Below are positions 21,410 to 31,663 of a stretch of DNA of 64,000 bases, in pieces (position 1 is the first letter of the stretch; every line of letters starts with the position of its first letter). Under the pieces are notes generated by a model that did no database searches, had not been told where the DNA came from, and saw only the letters and a program-made list of their open reading frames with translations. The translations under genes were made by a program, and so were the position numbers. The DNA is from Escherichia coli. GTDB taxonomy: Bacteria > Pseudomonadota > Gammaproteobacteria > Enterobacterales > Enterobacteriaceae. The stretch lies in NCBI RefSeq assembly GCF_044324875.1, contig NZ_CP172185.1, one strand, 5' to 3'.

Positions 21410-22276
21410 ATGATGTTAGTTTCTATAGAGAATATGCTTAATCGTGCCCTTGTACATCAGTACGCAGTTGGTCAGTTTAATATCAATAACCTGGAGTGGA
21501 CAGGTACTGTGTTAAATGTTGCACAAAAATTACGTTCTCCGGTTATTTTAGGCGTCTCCGGTGGCACTATAAAACATATGCTTGGGCTGAAATGTATTCA
21601 CGATATTGTTGTTAACGCAATGGAATTCCTGGAAATAGATGTGCCGGTGGCTTTACATCTTGATCACGGTCAGTCTTATGAGGCTTGTGAGGCGGCAATT
21701 AAAGCAGGTTTCAGCTCAGTAATGTTTGACGGTTCACATATGCCTTTTGCCGAAAATCTGGCAATAACAAAACGTCTGGTGAAGTATGCCCATCGTCGGG
21801 GAGTATCTGTGGAAGCAGAGCTAGGCACGATTGCAGGAAGTGAAGATGGCATTGTTAATTCCCGAGTGATTTATGCAGATCCTACAGAATGTAAGCAACT
21901 TGTTGAGGAGACAGGAGTGGATTGTCTGGCTGCAGCACTTGGTTCCACACATGGATTATATAAAGGAAAAGCAAAACTCGGTTTTGCGGAAATGGAACAT
22001 ATATCACAGTTGGTAAAAGTACCCCTGGTACTTCATGGGGGCACAGGTATTTCAGATACGGATATGAAAAAAGCTATTTCACTTGGCACAGCAAAAATCA
22101 ATGTTAATACCGAAAATATGTATGCGTGGTGTTTGTCAGTGAAAGAACAGTTTGAACATAAGGGGGAACATGATATTAATGATCCCCGAAAAGTTATTAC
22201 GAAAGGATTGCAGCCAGTTGCAGAACGAGTGGCAGAACGAATGAGCCTGTTCGGCTCTGTTGGACAGTCCCTCTGA
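21410..22276 (+). CDS. class II ketose-bisphosphate aldolase (GatY/KbaY/Fba family)
   Basis: 288-aa ORF with N-terminal QYAVGQFNINNLE and metal-ligand region LHLDHG. Confidence 0.7.
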   Translation: MMLVSIENMLNRALVHQYAVGQFNINNLEWTGTVLNVAQKLRSPVILGVSGGTIKHMLGLKCIHDIVVNAMEFLEIDVPVALHLDHGQSYEACEAAIKAGFSSVMFDGSHMPFAENLAITKRLVKYAHRRGVSVEAELGTIAGSEDGIVNSRVIYADPTECKQLVEETGVDCLAAALGSTHGLYKGKAKLGFAEMEHISQLVKVPLVLHGGTGISDTDMKKAISLGTAKINVNTENMYAWCLSVKEQFEHKGEHDINDPRKVITKGLQPVAERVAERMSLFGSVGQSL

Positions 22277-22394
22277 ACTGTTACAGTTTCCTGCAGGTCG
22301 TCATTCATTCAGGCAATCTGCAGGATTGAACTATATTAGACATCCAGGAATAATTCCCTTCCACAGGGGGCACGGAGGATTGAAATTGCACTGA

Positions 22395-22625
22395 ATGGGG
22401 AATTTGTTAACGTCGCCCTTACCATGGTCAGGATTTCACGCCCTGTTACAAACACTCGTGTCAGTATTTCTTGGCCCTATTCAGTACTCCTCACTACCTG
22501 CCAACGACACCGCTAGGAAAAACGCCCGCGTGTAATAAAATAAATCAGCCATCGCAGGGCGCCGATCATTCGCATGCATCGCTGATGACGCGCCCAAACA
22601 AGCGTCAAGATGAGTTAACCTGAAC
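22395..22625. repeat. copy B of the ~220-bp diverged repeat
   Basis: aligned by eye to 16325-16545; lies between the convergent aldolase gene and the lsrK remnant. Confidence 0.6.
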
Positions 22626-22631
22626 AATTCG

Positions 22632-22968
22632 TTATAAGCCCGGTGCCTTCCACAAAGAAGTTGTCAACCCGTGATCGACCAAGCTCAACTGTTCCTGATA
22701 TACAGCCCGCCATTTTTCGAGCAATTCCTGATAAAGCTCATGTTTTCTTTTGTCCGGAACATGCTACCTTTCCCAGCTCACCAGGCATTCTCCCGTTTCG
22801 TCCATAGATGAGTAGATACCTGCCCCTACACCAGCAGCAATCGCACAGCCCAGTGCCGTTGCCTCTTTGACTACAGGAACATTAACTGGTAGCCCTGACA
22901 CATCAGCCAGAATCTGGCTCCAGAGTTCTCCTTTTGCACCACCTCCCGCAAATACCAGAGATGAAGGG
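22632..22968 (-). pseudogene. lsrK: lsrK (autoinducer-2 kinase, FGGY family) 3' end, distal piece, separated from the rest by the IS66 insertion
   Basis: reverse-strand translation ...[47 protein letters not shown]...[13 protein letters not shown]. Confidence 0.65.
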
Positions 22969-23004
22969 TAAGCGTACAGCGAGGGCCGTATTGACGGGGA
23001 TGTG

Positions 23005-24543
23005 TTATTCAGCTGGCAGTGCTATGCGCCACGGAAGCAGTTCGCTGACCCGGTTGACCGGCCAGTCTGCTATGACGCCAAGCACATGGCGAAGGTAGCT
23101 TTCTGGATCCACGTCATTCAGTTTGCACGTCCCTATCAGGCTGTACAGTAGCGCTCCCCGCTCACCACCATGGCCAGAGCCGAAGAACAGGAAGTTTTTA
23201 CGACCCAGACTTACCGCCCGCAGGGCATTTTCAGCGATGTTGTTGTCGATTTCCACCCAGCCATCGTTCGCATAGTACGTCAGTGCCGGCCACTGGTTAA
23301 GTGCGTACGCGAACGCCTTCGCCAACTCTGAGTGTCGCGACAGGGTCTTCATCTTTTCACGCAACCAGCTTTCCAGGGATTTCAACAGCGGTTTCGTTTT
23401 TCGCTGACGTTCAGCAAGCCGCTGCTCTGCCGGCATTCCCCTTATATCCGCCTCTATGGCGTACAACTGACCGATCTGCTCCAGGGCTTCTTCCGTCAGT
23501 GCTGACGGGATGCGGACGTGCACATCGTGGATCTTTCGGCGGGCATGAGCCCAGCAGGCAGCTTCCGTTATCCCACCATTGCGATACAGCTCGTTGAACC
23601 CGGCGTACGCATCCGCTTGCAGCACACCGCTGAAGCAAGCAAGATGAGTCTGCGGATGGATGCCTTTTCTGTCCGGGCTGTAAGCGAACCACACTGCAGG
23701 TGCCAACGCTGACCCGGCATTGCGGTCATCACGAACATACGCCCACAACCGCCCGGTCTTCGTCTTCTTATTACCCGGCATCAGTACCTGGACCGGGGTA
23801 TCATCGGCATGGAGTTTGCCGTCAGTCATGACATAGCCATGAAGCGCCTCTTCCAGCGGAGACAGCAGCCGGCAGCATGCATCCACCCAGCCCGACAGCA
23901 GTGAACGGCTCAGCTCCACACCTTGCCGGCCGTATATTTCTGACTGGCGATACAGCGGGGTGTGCTCTGCATACTTCGAGGTCAGCACGCGGGCCAGCAG
24001 CCCCGGTCCGGCGATACCCCGCTCGATGGGCCGCGAAGGTGCAGGTGCCTGCACGATGGCATCGCACTGAGTACAGGCATGTTTTTCCCGTACCGTCCGG
24101 ATAACCCGGAAGGCGCTACGCATCAACTCCAGCTGTTCGGCGGTATCCTCGCCCAGATAGCTCAGTGAACCGCCGCAGTTCGGGCAGCACGGCGCCGCAG
24201 GCAACAGTCGCTTTTCGTCACGGGGTAGTGATTCAGGGAACGGCTTACGGATGCGGGTCTGACGCAACGGACGCTGTACTGCCGGGTCATACACCCTACC
24301 AGTCAGCGTATCGCTCTCTTTCTGAAGCCGGTTCAGATCGGCTTCCATTTGTGCGATACGGCGGGAGACTTTTTCGGAACGACTGCCGAAGTTCATCCGG
24401 CGGAGTTTATCCAGCTGCGCCTGCAGATGGTCTATTTCGCGCTCCCGGTTGCTCAGCTTTTCCTGCAGGGCGTGGATCAGCGCTTCCTGTTCGGCCAGGC
24501 GCTGTTTCAGCAGGAAGATGTCGTCAGAAGAGATGTCGTTCAT
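23005..24543 (-). CDS. IS66-family transposase TnpC
   Basis: 512-aa ORF with zinc-finger-like CCPNCGG and C-terminal [12 protein letters not shown] segment. Confidence 0.85.
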   Translation of the reverse strand: MNDISSDDIFLLKQRLAEQEALIHALQEKLSNREREIDHLQAQLDKLRRMNFGSRSEKVSRRIAQMEADLNRLQKESDTLTGRVYDPAVQRPLRQTRIRKPFPESLPRDEKRLLPAAPCCPNCGGSLSYLGEDTAEQLELMRSAFRVIRTVREKHACTQCDAIVQAPAPSRPIERGIAGPGLLARVLTSKYAEHTPLYRQSEIYGRQGVELSRSLLSGWVDACCRLLSPLEEALHGYVMTDGKLHADDTPVQVLMPGNKKTKTGRLWAYVRDDRNAGSALAPAVWFAYSPDRKGIHPQTHLACFSGVLQADAYAGFNELYRNGGITEAACWAHARRKIHDVHVRIPSALTEEALEQIGQLYAIEADIRGMPAEQRLAERQRKTKPLLKSLESWLREKMKTLSRHSELAKAFAYALNQWPALTYYANDGWVEIDNNIAENALRAVSLGRKNFLFFGSGHGGERGALLYSLIGTCKLNDVDPESYLRHVLGVIADWPVNRVSELLPWRIALPAE

Positions 24544-24592
24544 AAGCCCGTATTTTACCGGGCTTATTCTGTGACAACCAGGATAAAGAGAT

Positions 24593-24940
24593 TTACAGCA
24601 TGGTCAGGGAGGTCAGCAGCCGCTTAGGCTGTCGCCAGTCGATACCTTCCAGCAGCATCGCCAGCTGCGCCTGTGTAAGGAACACTTTGCCATCACGGGC
24701 TGACGGCCAGGCGAAGCGCCCACGCTCCAGCCGTTTGGTCAGGAGGCACAGTCCGTCACCGGTGGACCACAGCAGTTTAACCTGACTGCCGCTGCGGCCC
24801 CGGAAAATGAAAACATGGCCGGACATGGGATCGTCTTTCAGCGCCGTCTGTACTTTCGCAGCCAGGCCGTTGAAGCCATTTCTCATATCGGTGATACCGG
24901 CAACCAGCCAAATTTTGGTCCCGGAAGGTAAAGGGATCAT
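24593..24940 (-). CDS. IS66 Orf2 (TnpB)
   Basis: 115-aa [33 protein letters not shown]... typical IS66 Orf2. Confidence 0.85.
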   Translation of the reverse strand: MIPLPSGTKIWLVAGITDMRNGFNGLAAKVQTALKDDPMSGHVFIFRGRSGSQVKLLWSTGDGLCLLTKRLERGRFAWPSARDGKVFLTQAQLAMLLEGIDWRQPKRLLTSLTML

Positions 24941-25338
24941 CGCTTCAGTTCCTGTATCAGCAGAGTCAGGAGCTTTTCGCTGACATTGCCATTGAAGCGG
25001 AGCGTCCCGTGCCGGAACGTTACCTCACAGCTGATACTGAGGGTTTCCGGGTCCTCTGCGAGCGATTCTGGCTGTTCGGCAGCTGCATCGAGAGTCACAG
25101 GAAGTAGCTGGGGGCTCTCTGAAGAAGGTAATAGCAGCTTTCCCTCGCGCCATTGTTGTCGCCATTTGAACAACAGATTGGCGTTAATGCCATTTTCAAG
25201 AGCAAGTTTTGAGATGGATATCCCGGGTTCACAGGAGGCAGCAACGAGCTGCTGTTTAAATTCGGGAGGATAATTAGGGCAGCCTTTTCGCCTGCCGGGA
25301 GTCACATTTTTCTGCATATCTGACACTTTGGTTCCCAC
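24937..25338 (-). CDS. IS66 Orf1 (TnpA)
   Basis: 133-aa ORF overlapping Orf2 start by 4 bp. Confidence 0.8.
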   Translation of the reverse strand: MGTKVSDMQKNVTPGRRKGCPNYPPEFKQQLVAASCEPGISISKLALENGINANLLFKWRQQWREGKLLLPSSESPQLLPVTLDAAAEQPESLAEDPETLSISCEVTFRHGTLRFNGNVSEKLLTLLIQELKR

Positions 25339-25409
25339 TACTTATTTGGTGGACACCACTTTGTCTAATTCGTCAGATTCTGACCAGACGGTTCAGGCTG
25401 TACGCTTAC

Positions 25410-25666
25410 GATGAAGGATGGATCCCTGTAAAATCAGCAATCTGCGACAAATTACATGTTGAAACAATGGCTGCATTCTCTTCCAAGGCGCGAAACAAAG
25501 TTGCCTTATTACATTTTTCCGGATCGATCGACAGGTTTAGAAATGAAGGAGCCGCGTGGTACCAACTTTTGAAACGCATCCTGTCAGAGAATATCGGCAT
25601 CACTCCCCATGCTCCTGCTGGTACACGGGAAGCCATTTCCTCCAGTAGTGTATAAGTATCGACTCC
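25410..25666 (-). pseudogene. lsrK: lsrK internal piece (5'-truncated); continues across the IS66 insertion
   Basis: [42 protein letters not shown]... matches the C-terminal third of LsrK; no N-terminal two-thirds present. Confidence 0.6.
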
Positions 25667-25670
25667 CAGA

Positions 25671-25714
25671 CTGCAAAATCGCATCGTGTTCGATCGCCGA
25701 TTCGCATCGCATCC
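25671..25714. mobile_element. solo terminal fragment of an IS21-family element
   Basis: CTGCAAAATCGCATCGTGTTCGATCGCCGATTCGCATC resembles the multi-repeat terminus of the IS21-family element at 33380-33431. Confidence 0.5.
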
Positions 25715-25821
25715 CCTTACCCACAAGTTGAAATAGTAGTATTGTATTGATAAATCATAAATTTTTATGGAGGGGTTATGGATAACTGGATTACTCAGGA
25801 ATTCAAATCGCTGGATACAGG

Positions 25822-26240
25822 GTAAGCGGCTCGCCAGAACCGTATTGATATTTACTGAGAGGTCAGATCAACTTTCCAGGGCAACAGATCGCGTACCCGG
25901 TTTGCCGGCCAGTCCTGGATATGCTCAATAACGTAACGCAGCCATTTTTCTGGCTCCACATTGTTCAGACGGCATGTGCCGATCAGTGAGTACAACACCG
26001 CCGCATGTTCGCCACCGCTGTCGGAACCCGCGAAGAGCCAGTTTTTCCGGCCTACGGCCACTCCCCGTAAGGCGTTCTCTGCGATGTTGTTGTCGATTTC
26101 CGCCTGACCATTATGCAGTACACGTTCAGCGCATCCCACTGTTTCGGCAGGCATGCGAACGCTTTTACTGTATCCGGGTGACGCGACAGTGTTTTCATCT
26201 GTTGCTGTATCCAGTCATACTACGCCAGCATCATTGGTAG
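25822..26240 (-). mobile_element. IS66-family remnant: terminal repeat plus frameshifted tnpC 3' fragment
   Basis: GTAAGCGGCTCGCC terminus at 25822; ORF 25852-26154 with [23 protein letters not shown]; upstream homology continues in another frame. Confidence 0.65.
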
Positions 26241-26306
26241 CACCTGGGCTTTTTTTGCCGCAGGCGCTGGTTCGCAGACTACTAAAATAATACGCGGTTT
26301 TTCATT

Positions 26307-27539
26307 TTACGGACGGGCAGCCAGAAGACACAGTTGAAATGCCACATTATACGATTCCTCAAAGGATTTTAGAGGTAGAAACTCAAATATGGAGTGAAAA
26401 TTATGTGCGCCAGTAAAAAAATTAGGCGTCAAAATTCCTCTGGCTGACAGAACTGCACCATCAGTTCCACCACGCATTGGTATCGGTTTTGGTGTAATTC
26501 CCAGCATATTCATGGACTCAAAGAGTAGATCTACAGCACGTCTGTCTTTGTTTAAAGCATTACTAATATTGCTGTAGATATCAGTGATCGTGAACTCAAC
26601 CCTGGCTGTCGGATATCGGGAAGATATTTTATGTGCAACAGCAGCAATCTGTTGTTTTCTGCGAGTAAAACTGGATTGATCAAAATCACGTATACTTGCC
26701 TGTAACACAGCATTACTTTGTCCGGCATTCATACCATTGAACCAGATATAACCTTCACGACCAGCGGTATTCTCCGGTGTTTCAAGGCGATCAAATTCAT
26801 TTATGTAATCACAGGCCATCAGTAATGGATTAACTAATACATTTTTTGCAGACATCGGATGTGCCGTTACACCAGTAAAACGGATCTCTGCAGATGCAGC
26901 GTTAAAGTTTTCATAAACAATCTCTCCTGACTCGCAACAGTCAATTGTCCAGGCAAAGTCAACAGAAAAACGTTGTAAATCAAGAGACTTAGCTCCACGC
27001 AAGCCTGTTTCCTCATCAGGGACAAATGCAACCACAATATCACCATGCTGATGTTCTGAGGTCAGATTCTCCAGCATAGTCATCACTACCGAAACAGCGG
27101 CTTTATTATCAGCCCCTAGTACACTTGTTCCGTCGCTGAAAATAATGTCTTCCCCCCGATATTTCAGAATTTCGGGATGCTCTTTGACCCGCAGCCAGAT
27201 ATCTTTTTCTGCATTGAGACACAAATCTTCACCTGTAAATTTCAAAATTTGTGGATGAATATCCGGAGATAAACCAACATCTACTGTATCAATATGAGTA
27301 ATGAAACCAATTCGAGGCGCACCCGGAATATTACCTTTTTTCACCGCGGTGACCGTTGCATGCTCATCAACAATAATATCGTCCATATCCAGCAACGCCA
27401 GTTCATCTGCAAGTGTCCGGGCCATCTCATACTGTCCTTGTGTGGACGGAAGGGATGCTGAATTTGGGTCACTCTGGCTACTGATTGAAAGGTAGCGAAA
27501 GAAACGTTGGATTAATTGACTGCTTAATGGGGAGTACAT
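26307..27539 (-). CDS. peptidase T-like tripeptidase (M20B family)
   Basis: motifs GADNKAAV, PDEETGLRGA, RGGTDGA parallel to PepT. Confidence 0.7.
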   Translation of the reverse strand: MYSPLSSQLIQRFFRYLSISSQSDPNSASLPSTQGQYEMARTLADELALLDMDDIIVDEHATVTAVKKGNIPGAPRIGFITHIDTVDVGLSPDIHPQILKFTGEDLCLNAEKDIWLRVKEHPEILKYRGEDIIFSDGTSVLGADNKAAVSVVMTMLENLTSEHQHGDIVVAFVPDEETGLRGAKSLDLQRFSVDFAWTIDCCESGEIVYENFNAASAEIRFTGVTAHPMSAKNVLVNPLLMACDYINEFDRLETPENTAGREGYIWFNGMNAGQSNAVLQASIRDFDQSSFTRRKQQIAAVAHKISSRYPTARVEFTITDIYSNISNALNKDRRAVDLLFESMNMLGITPKPIPMRGGTDGAVLSARGILTPNFFTGAHNFHSIFEFLPLKSFEESYNVAFQLCLLAARP

Positions 27540-27657
27540 AACTTTTCCTTCTTTTTTTGTGTTATGAGGTGAATGCAATACGCATTTAATGTTATTTATT
27601 AATCTGTAACCGATGCGGATTCATCACTCCATATTGTCAAAGAAAACAGGAAAAGTC

Positions 27658-29250
27658 ATGGTAAGAAGATTAGCGACTATTGCACCGTTACTGGTTGCGT
27701 TGGGTGTAAGCTCAACTGTTTATGCAAAGACACTGGTTTACTGCTCTGAAGGCTCACCTGAGAGTTTTAATCCTCAGCTTTATACTTCGGGGACCAGTGT
27801 TGATGCAAGTGCTGTTCCGGTGTATAACCGACTGGTTGATTTTAAGGTGGGCACTACTGTGCTGGTTCCCAGCCTGGCTGAACGATGGGAAATCAGTGGT
27901 GACGGGAAAGCATATACTTTTTATCTGCGTAAAGGCGTTAAATTTCACAGTAATAAATACTTTACTCCAACGCGAGAGTTTAATGCTGATGATGTTATTT
28001 TTTCATTTATGCGCCAGAAGGATCCTGGTCATCCATATCACCAGGTTTCTGGTGGAACGTATTCTAATTTTGAAAGTCTGGAATTCAGTTCACTCATAAC
28101 CAGTATCGACAGAGTTGATGATCATACAGTTCGCTTTAATCTTTCACATCCGGAGGCTCCCTTTATTGCTGATTTAGCCTGGTATTTTGCTTCTGTTTTA
28201 TCCGCTGAATATGCTGATGCTATGCTTAAAGCCGGAACACCTGAACGGGTTGATATGAATCCAATTGGGACAGGGCCATATCAACTCAAACAATATCAGA
28301 AAGATTCGCGTATTTTATTTACGGCTTTTGATGATTACTGGGAGGGGAAAGCAAAACTGGAACGCATTGTTTTCAGTATCACACCAGATTCCTCAGTGCG
28401 TCTGGCTAAACTGGAGAAAAATGAGTGTCAGGTGATGCCGTTTCCTAATCCATCAGATCTTTCCAGAATCAAAAAAAATCCGGCTCTTAAATTGATGAGT
28501 AAAGCCGGACTTAATACAGGTTTTCTTGCTTTCAATACGCAAAAAGCTCCTCTGGATAATGTAAAAGTTCGTCAGGCACTGGCAACAGCAATTAATAAAA
28601 ATGCCATTATAGATGCTGTATTTCAGGGGACTGGTAGTGCTGCTAAAAATCTGCTGCCACCAGGAGTATGGAGTGCAGACAGTGAATTGAAAGATTATGA
28701 ATATGATCCAGAAAAAGCCAGATCATTGCTAAAAGAAGCTGGTTTTGATAATGGAATGACTATTGATCTTTGGGCGATGCCAGTTCAACGCCCTTATAAC
28801 CCAAACGCTAAACGAATGGCCGAAATGATTCAGGCTGACTGGGCAAAAGTGGGAGTAAAAACAAACATTATCACTTTTGAATGGGGGGAATATCTTAATC
28901 GTATAAAGAACGGAGAGCATCAGGCTGCGTTGATGGGATGGACAACCGCAACAGGTGATCCTGATAATTTTTTTGGTCCACTCTTTACCTGCACTTCTGC
29001 TAACGGTGGTTCTAATTCCGCGAAGTGGTGCTACAAACCTTTCGATGAAATTATTTCTCAGGCTAAAGTAATAACTGATCAGGAAAAACGAGCAGTGCTC
29101 TATAAAAAAGCACAACAGATGATGCATGAACAAATACCAGCGGTGATGATTGCACATTCCACCATTTTTGAACCAATACGCAGTGAAGTCACAGGTTATG
29201 AAATAGATCCATTTGGTAAACATATTTTTTATCAGGTTGATATAAAATAA
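27658..29250 (+). CDS. ABC transporter periplasmic substrate-binding protein, family 5 (DppA/OppA-like peptide-binding)
   Basis: signal peptide plus SBP_bac_5-like length and composition; no permease or ATPase genes adjacent. Confidence 0.65.
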   Translation: MVRRLATIAPLLVALGVSSTVYAKTLVYCSEGSPESFNPQLYTSGTSVDASAVPVYNRLVDFKVGTTVLVPSLAERWEISGDGKAYTFYLRKGVKFHSNKYFTPTREFNADDVIFSFMRQKDPGHPYHQVSGGTYSNFESLEFSSLITSIDRVDDHTVRFNLSHPEAPFIADLAWYFASVLSAEYADAMLKAGTPERVDMNPIGTGPYQLKQYQKDSRILFTAFDDYWEGKAKLERIVFSITPDSSVRLAKLEKNECQVMPFPNPSDLSRIKKNPALKLMSKAGLNTGFLAFNTQKAPLDNVKVRQALATAINKNAIIDAVFQGTGSAAKNLLPPGVWSADSELKDYEYDPEKARSLLKEAGFDNGMTIDLWAMPVQRPYNPNAKRMAEMIQADWAKVGVKTNIITFEWGEYLNRIKNGEHQAALMGWTTATGDPDNFFGPLFTCTSANGGSNSAKWCYKPFDEIISQAKVITDQEKRAVLYKKAQQMMHEQIPAVMIAHSTIFEPIRSEVTGYEIDPFGKHIFYQVDIK

Positions 29251-30349
29251 CAGGTGTAAGCTCCGTCTGTGACGTCTGGTGATAGTTGTCCAGTCTGGTA
29301 ACAATAGCGTCCATCTATACAGATGGACGCGAATGATGAATTTTCAGACAACAAGATATTGATGGTTTTCGTTTTTATCTGCCCGACGCATTACGTCTAA
29401 TATTCGAAGAACAATTATCTGTCTGGTTAATCGCTCATCAGTCAGGGCTAAGTCATTTCACCATCACGATTTCTTTTAACGATTACCCGAATGAGCAAAG
29501 TGAGGATGATGCCATGACGCAGGTCAGAGCGACCAGCACCGCGACAATTAATAAAACAGGAAGGCTGCGCGTTTCAGACAGTGATGTCAACATAAACTAT
29601 CAGTAACGTTAACTGCATCAGAAGCACAAGTATGGATTTTGCCATTGTGCAGAACGACTTGTCCATGGGAAATAATAAATTTAATAAAAAAAGAAAGATA
29701 TGGTTGCAAATAGTATAATATCCCGGGCAACGATCCTGATTTTCTCAATACATGTTTTCCTCACGTATTTGTTCTTCAAAGAGCAATCAGCATCTGTTAC
29801 TGAATGGTTGTTATAAGCATTAAAAGAATAACGGGAAGTCGGTGACGTGGGGATATGTCGCGTGTTGAATTATACAAAGGGCCGACATCTTCATGGTGTC
29901 GGCCAGTCATAAGTGCCAGATATTAACCGTCAGTTACAGGGGGTAACCGCAGGAAACAGGCTACGCTCCGGGTAACGGGTTATCAATAGTTACTTATTTG
30001 CTTAATTTAATTAATTTTGTTCTGCGTCATTGCGTTTCCTTACTGGTATAAATAATGATCGATTGCTTTTCGCATGAGCATCAGAATTTGTCGTAATTTG
30101 AGGTACTGTCGCTGCACATGCAGGAATATGGTTCTGTCAGCGACAGATTGCCGTTGCTGACCGGAATGTTCAGGCTGGATGGTGATATTACAACTGATAT
30201 TGCTGTGCTGATGGCAGAATGGTAAACGTTAAGTGCGCGTTCCAGGCAATGAAGGCAAACACGTCATGACAGCAACGCAAAACAAACCAAGAACGCGCAG
30301 TATTTTTTATCCCGAATGAAAGCGATTGTCCATATCCGGTAATAAATAT

Positions 30350-30601
30350 TCAGCAGTATGTAAAGTGCGGTTTGCCCGGCTCTGGTGGAAGGGGCTCCAG
30401 ATACACATCATCAACAAACACACACGGGAAGTTATCCACCGGGCAGCCTGCACGGTCAGCCATATCCCGCAGCGTCACACTGTGCTTCGCGACATCAATA
30501 AACACAACATCCGGTTCCATTTCATCGGGGATTCGCGTTGCGTGATGCATGATGCGATGGACTGAAGGGCAGTGCCGGTAACCAAAAACACGTATACGCA
30601 T
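30350..30601 (-). CDS. glutaredoxin-like small protein (putative)
   Basis: 83-aa ORF MRIRVFGYRHCPS... with a glutaredoxin-like beta1-CPxx layout; weak. Confidence 0.3.
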   Translation of the reverse strand: MRIRVFGYRHCPSVHRIMHHATRIPDEMEPDVVFIDVAKHSVTLRDMADRAGCPVDNFPCVFVDDVYLEPLPPEPGKPHFTYC

Positions 30602-30891
30602 GATGTACCTCCTGGTTGCAGGGTGACTGTATCATCAGACCTTATCATGCGTTTAAAAAATGTCCGGCAACTCACACTTTTCGGTAAGGAGGTGGCTATT
30701 ACTGCAAATGATGATGTCTCGGTTTTTATTTTTTATTCAATATTTTCATCCTGTTATTGTTATTATGTTTGTCCATACCCTGTGTGGTTCCCTGCGTATT
30801 CCGCTCTATTCGATCACGGATTGGCATCGAAGTCCGATCAGCGATTCGCATCCATTCGATCAACCGGGAACTTAACTTTTTCTACCGCTTT

Positions 30892-31647
30892 TTAACGCGT
30901 TTTTTCGCTGCTTTCCACTACCGGGGGATTTTTCCTCAGTGACTCTCCCTGAAGGACCACTCGGTGTGAGTTATGTACCAGTCTGTCCAGGATGGCATCT
31001 GCTGTTGTTGGGTTCTCCATCAGACCATGCCATTTATCTACCGGGAACTGGCTTACCACTATCGTGCTGCTTTGTCCGTAACGATCCTCTATGAGCTCCA
31101 GAAGGTCATTACACTGGGCGTTACTTAACTGTTCCAGCCCCAGATCGTCCAGGATTAGAACCTGTATTTTTTGCAACTGTTTCAGATATTTCAGCCAGCT
31201 GCCATCAACACGTCCCTGAGCCAGTTGTTCCAGTAATCGCCCGGTTCTACAGTACCGGACGCTGTGTTTCTGTCGACATGCCTGTTCGCCCAGCGCATTG
31301 GCTATCCAGCTCTTGCCACATCCTGTCGGACCGGTTATCAGCAGGTTTTTCCTGTGGGTTATGTAGTGGCCGTTCAGCAGTTCTCTCATCTGTTCAGCCC
31401 GCAGACCTCTTGAGGCCGGATAGCGCAGCCCTTCCGGTGTTGCCTGGTATTTCAGGCCGGCATTTTTTCTCAACCGTGCCACACGGCTGTTTTCCCTGCT
31501 CAGAAGCTCGTCATCAACCAGCAGCGTCAGCCTTTCCTCGAACGACAGTTCGTCGTAGGTCTGAGGCGTTTCCCGCTGCCGTATCAGGCTCCCGGCCATC
31601 GCCGGGAGTTTCAGTTGGGTCAGTTTGTTTAACAGGTTATCACTCAT
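30892..31647 (-). CDS. IS21-family helper ATPase IstB
   Basis: Walker A GPTGCGKS, Walker B ILDDLG; start placed at MSDNLL inside the longer listed ORF. Confidence 0.8.
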   Translation of the reverse strand: MSDNLLNKLTQLKLPAMAGSLIRQRETPQTYDELSFEERLTLLVDDELLSRENSRVARLRKNAGLKYQATPEGLRYPASRGLRAEQMRELLNGHYITHRKNLLITGPTGCGKSWIANALGEQACRQKHSVRYCRTGRLLEQLAQGRVDGSWLKYLKQLQKIQVLILDDLGLEQLSNAQCNDLLELIEDRYGQSSTIVVSQFPVDKWHGLMENPTTADAILDRLVHNSHRVVLQGESLRKNPPVVESSEKTR

Positions 31648-31663
31648 ACTGTTGTTCCTTCTG

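Larger units (their letters stand above)
22969..25409 (-). mobile_element. IS66-family insertion sequence (2441 bp) with 8-bp target-site duplication GATGAAGG
   Basis: terminal GTAAGCGTACAG at 22969 and its reverse complement ending at 25409; GATGAAGG at 22961-22968 and 25410-25417; tnpA-tnpB-tnpC on minus strand. Confidence 0.85.

Noticed and set aside
23301-24627. Plus-strand ORFs of 60-126 aa inside the IS66 tnpC region
   Set aside because: Antisense to a well-supported transposase gene; Arg/Ala-rich composition typical of GC-rich antisense frames
25667-25726. N-terminal 20 codons of ORF 25406-25726 as part of the kinase
   Set aside because: This stretch overlaps the IS21-like terminal fragment and has no LsrK similarity; the ATG is fortuitous
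29306-29330. Hairpin GCGTCCATCT-ATAC-AGATGGACGC after the binding-protein gene as a Rho-independent terminator
   Set aside because: No T-run follows the stem; may be a REP-like palindrome instead
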